A stretch of DNA of 63,823 nt, the filler included, from Reticulomyxa filosa (taxonomy: Eukaryota; Protista; Foraminifera), in the NCBI GenBank assembly GCA_000512085.1. It is 18 parts of 18 records of this genome, joined end to end, with 100 filler letters (N's around TTAATTAATTAA, not from the genome) between each part and the next. Parts side by side here need not be neighbours in the genome. Positions count along the whole stretch, not along the records: positions 61,946 to 63,823 come from ASPP01025194.1; 17 more parts are not named here. One strand, written 5' to 3'. Positions 63,411-63,823 of this stretch are shown here, piece after piece. How positions within the stretch are numbered: position 1 is the stretch's first letter; the number at the start of each line of letters is the position of its first letter. The notes beneath the pieces were generated by a model. The model worked only from the letters and a program-made list of their open reading frames with translations, was not told where the DNA came from and did not search any database. The translations under genes and the position numbers were made by a program.

Positions 63411-63823
63411 TTTTCATAATACCCTTCGTGAGAAAGACAGCTCCAATGCAGAGGCAATACTATCCATTGATGAATTGCGTTTAATTCAATCTTGAGACAA
63501 TCACTTGAAATTGGCTCATACTTTATTGGAGTCTTGTGTTTCAGTTTTGTCATTTTCATTTTTAATATAAAATATAGTAAGATAAAAAAAAAGTTGAAAC
63601 CTAAAATGCCACATTATAGAGATGATTGTATTTCTACATGAAAAAACAACATTTAATCAAAATTTTTTAAAAAATATCTACGAATCTTGTAGTTTTTAAA
63701 TATCATTTTGGTTTTTTATTAAGTCTTTACAATTTTTTCAAAAATTTTAATCTTTCATTTGATTTGGTAAAATTTCTTAAAAAAAGTTGATAATCGTATT
63801 TTTCTCGTAGTCATGAAATTTGA

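Noticed and set aside
1-63823. tRNA, rRNA or CRISPR arrays
   Set aside because: None recognisable by eye.

Overview
AT-rich eukaryotic genomic DNA made of 18 short contigs joined by 17 artificial 100-nt linkers (N44-TTAATTAATTAA-N44), so adjacency across linkers has no biological meaning. The intron style and gene families suggest a foraminiferan such as Reticulomyxa; this is an inference. Apparently intact spliced genes: UMP synthase, RFC4, alpha-N-acetylglucosaminidase, a DUF1765-like protein, a SAM-TPR protein, a WD40 protein, a TMEM163/CDF-type transporter and a candidate PP1-docking protein. Decayed material is abundant: kinesin, RPEL, RRM, HSPA12-like, GH47 and Spg1 fragments, non-LTR RT remnants, and a Ty3/Gypsy remnant whose short LTR occurs four times. 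Two signals stand out. (1) Seven frame breaks in five otherwise open genes all need exactly one extra nucleotide (-1), and all can be repaired by one T added to a T-run just before G on the coding strand. This could be U-insertion, polymerase slippage or frameshifting, or simply assembly error. (2) Two paralogous ~1.9-kb segments differ almost only by transitions plus microhomology-flanked indels, suggesting RIP-like or methylation-driven decay of duplicated DNA.
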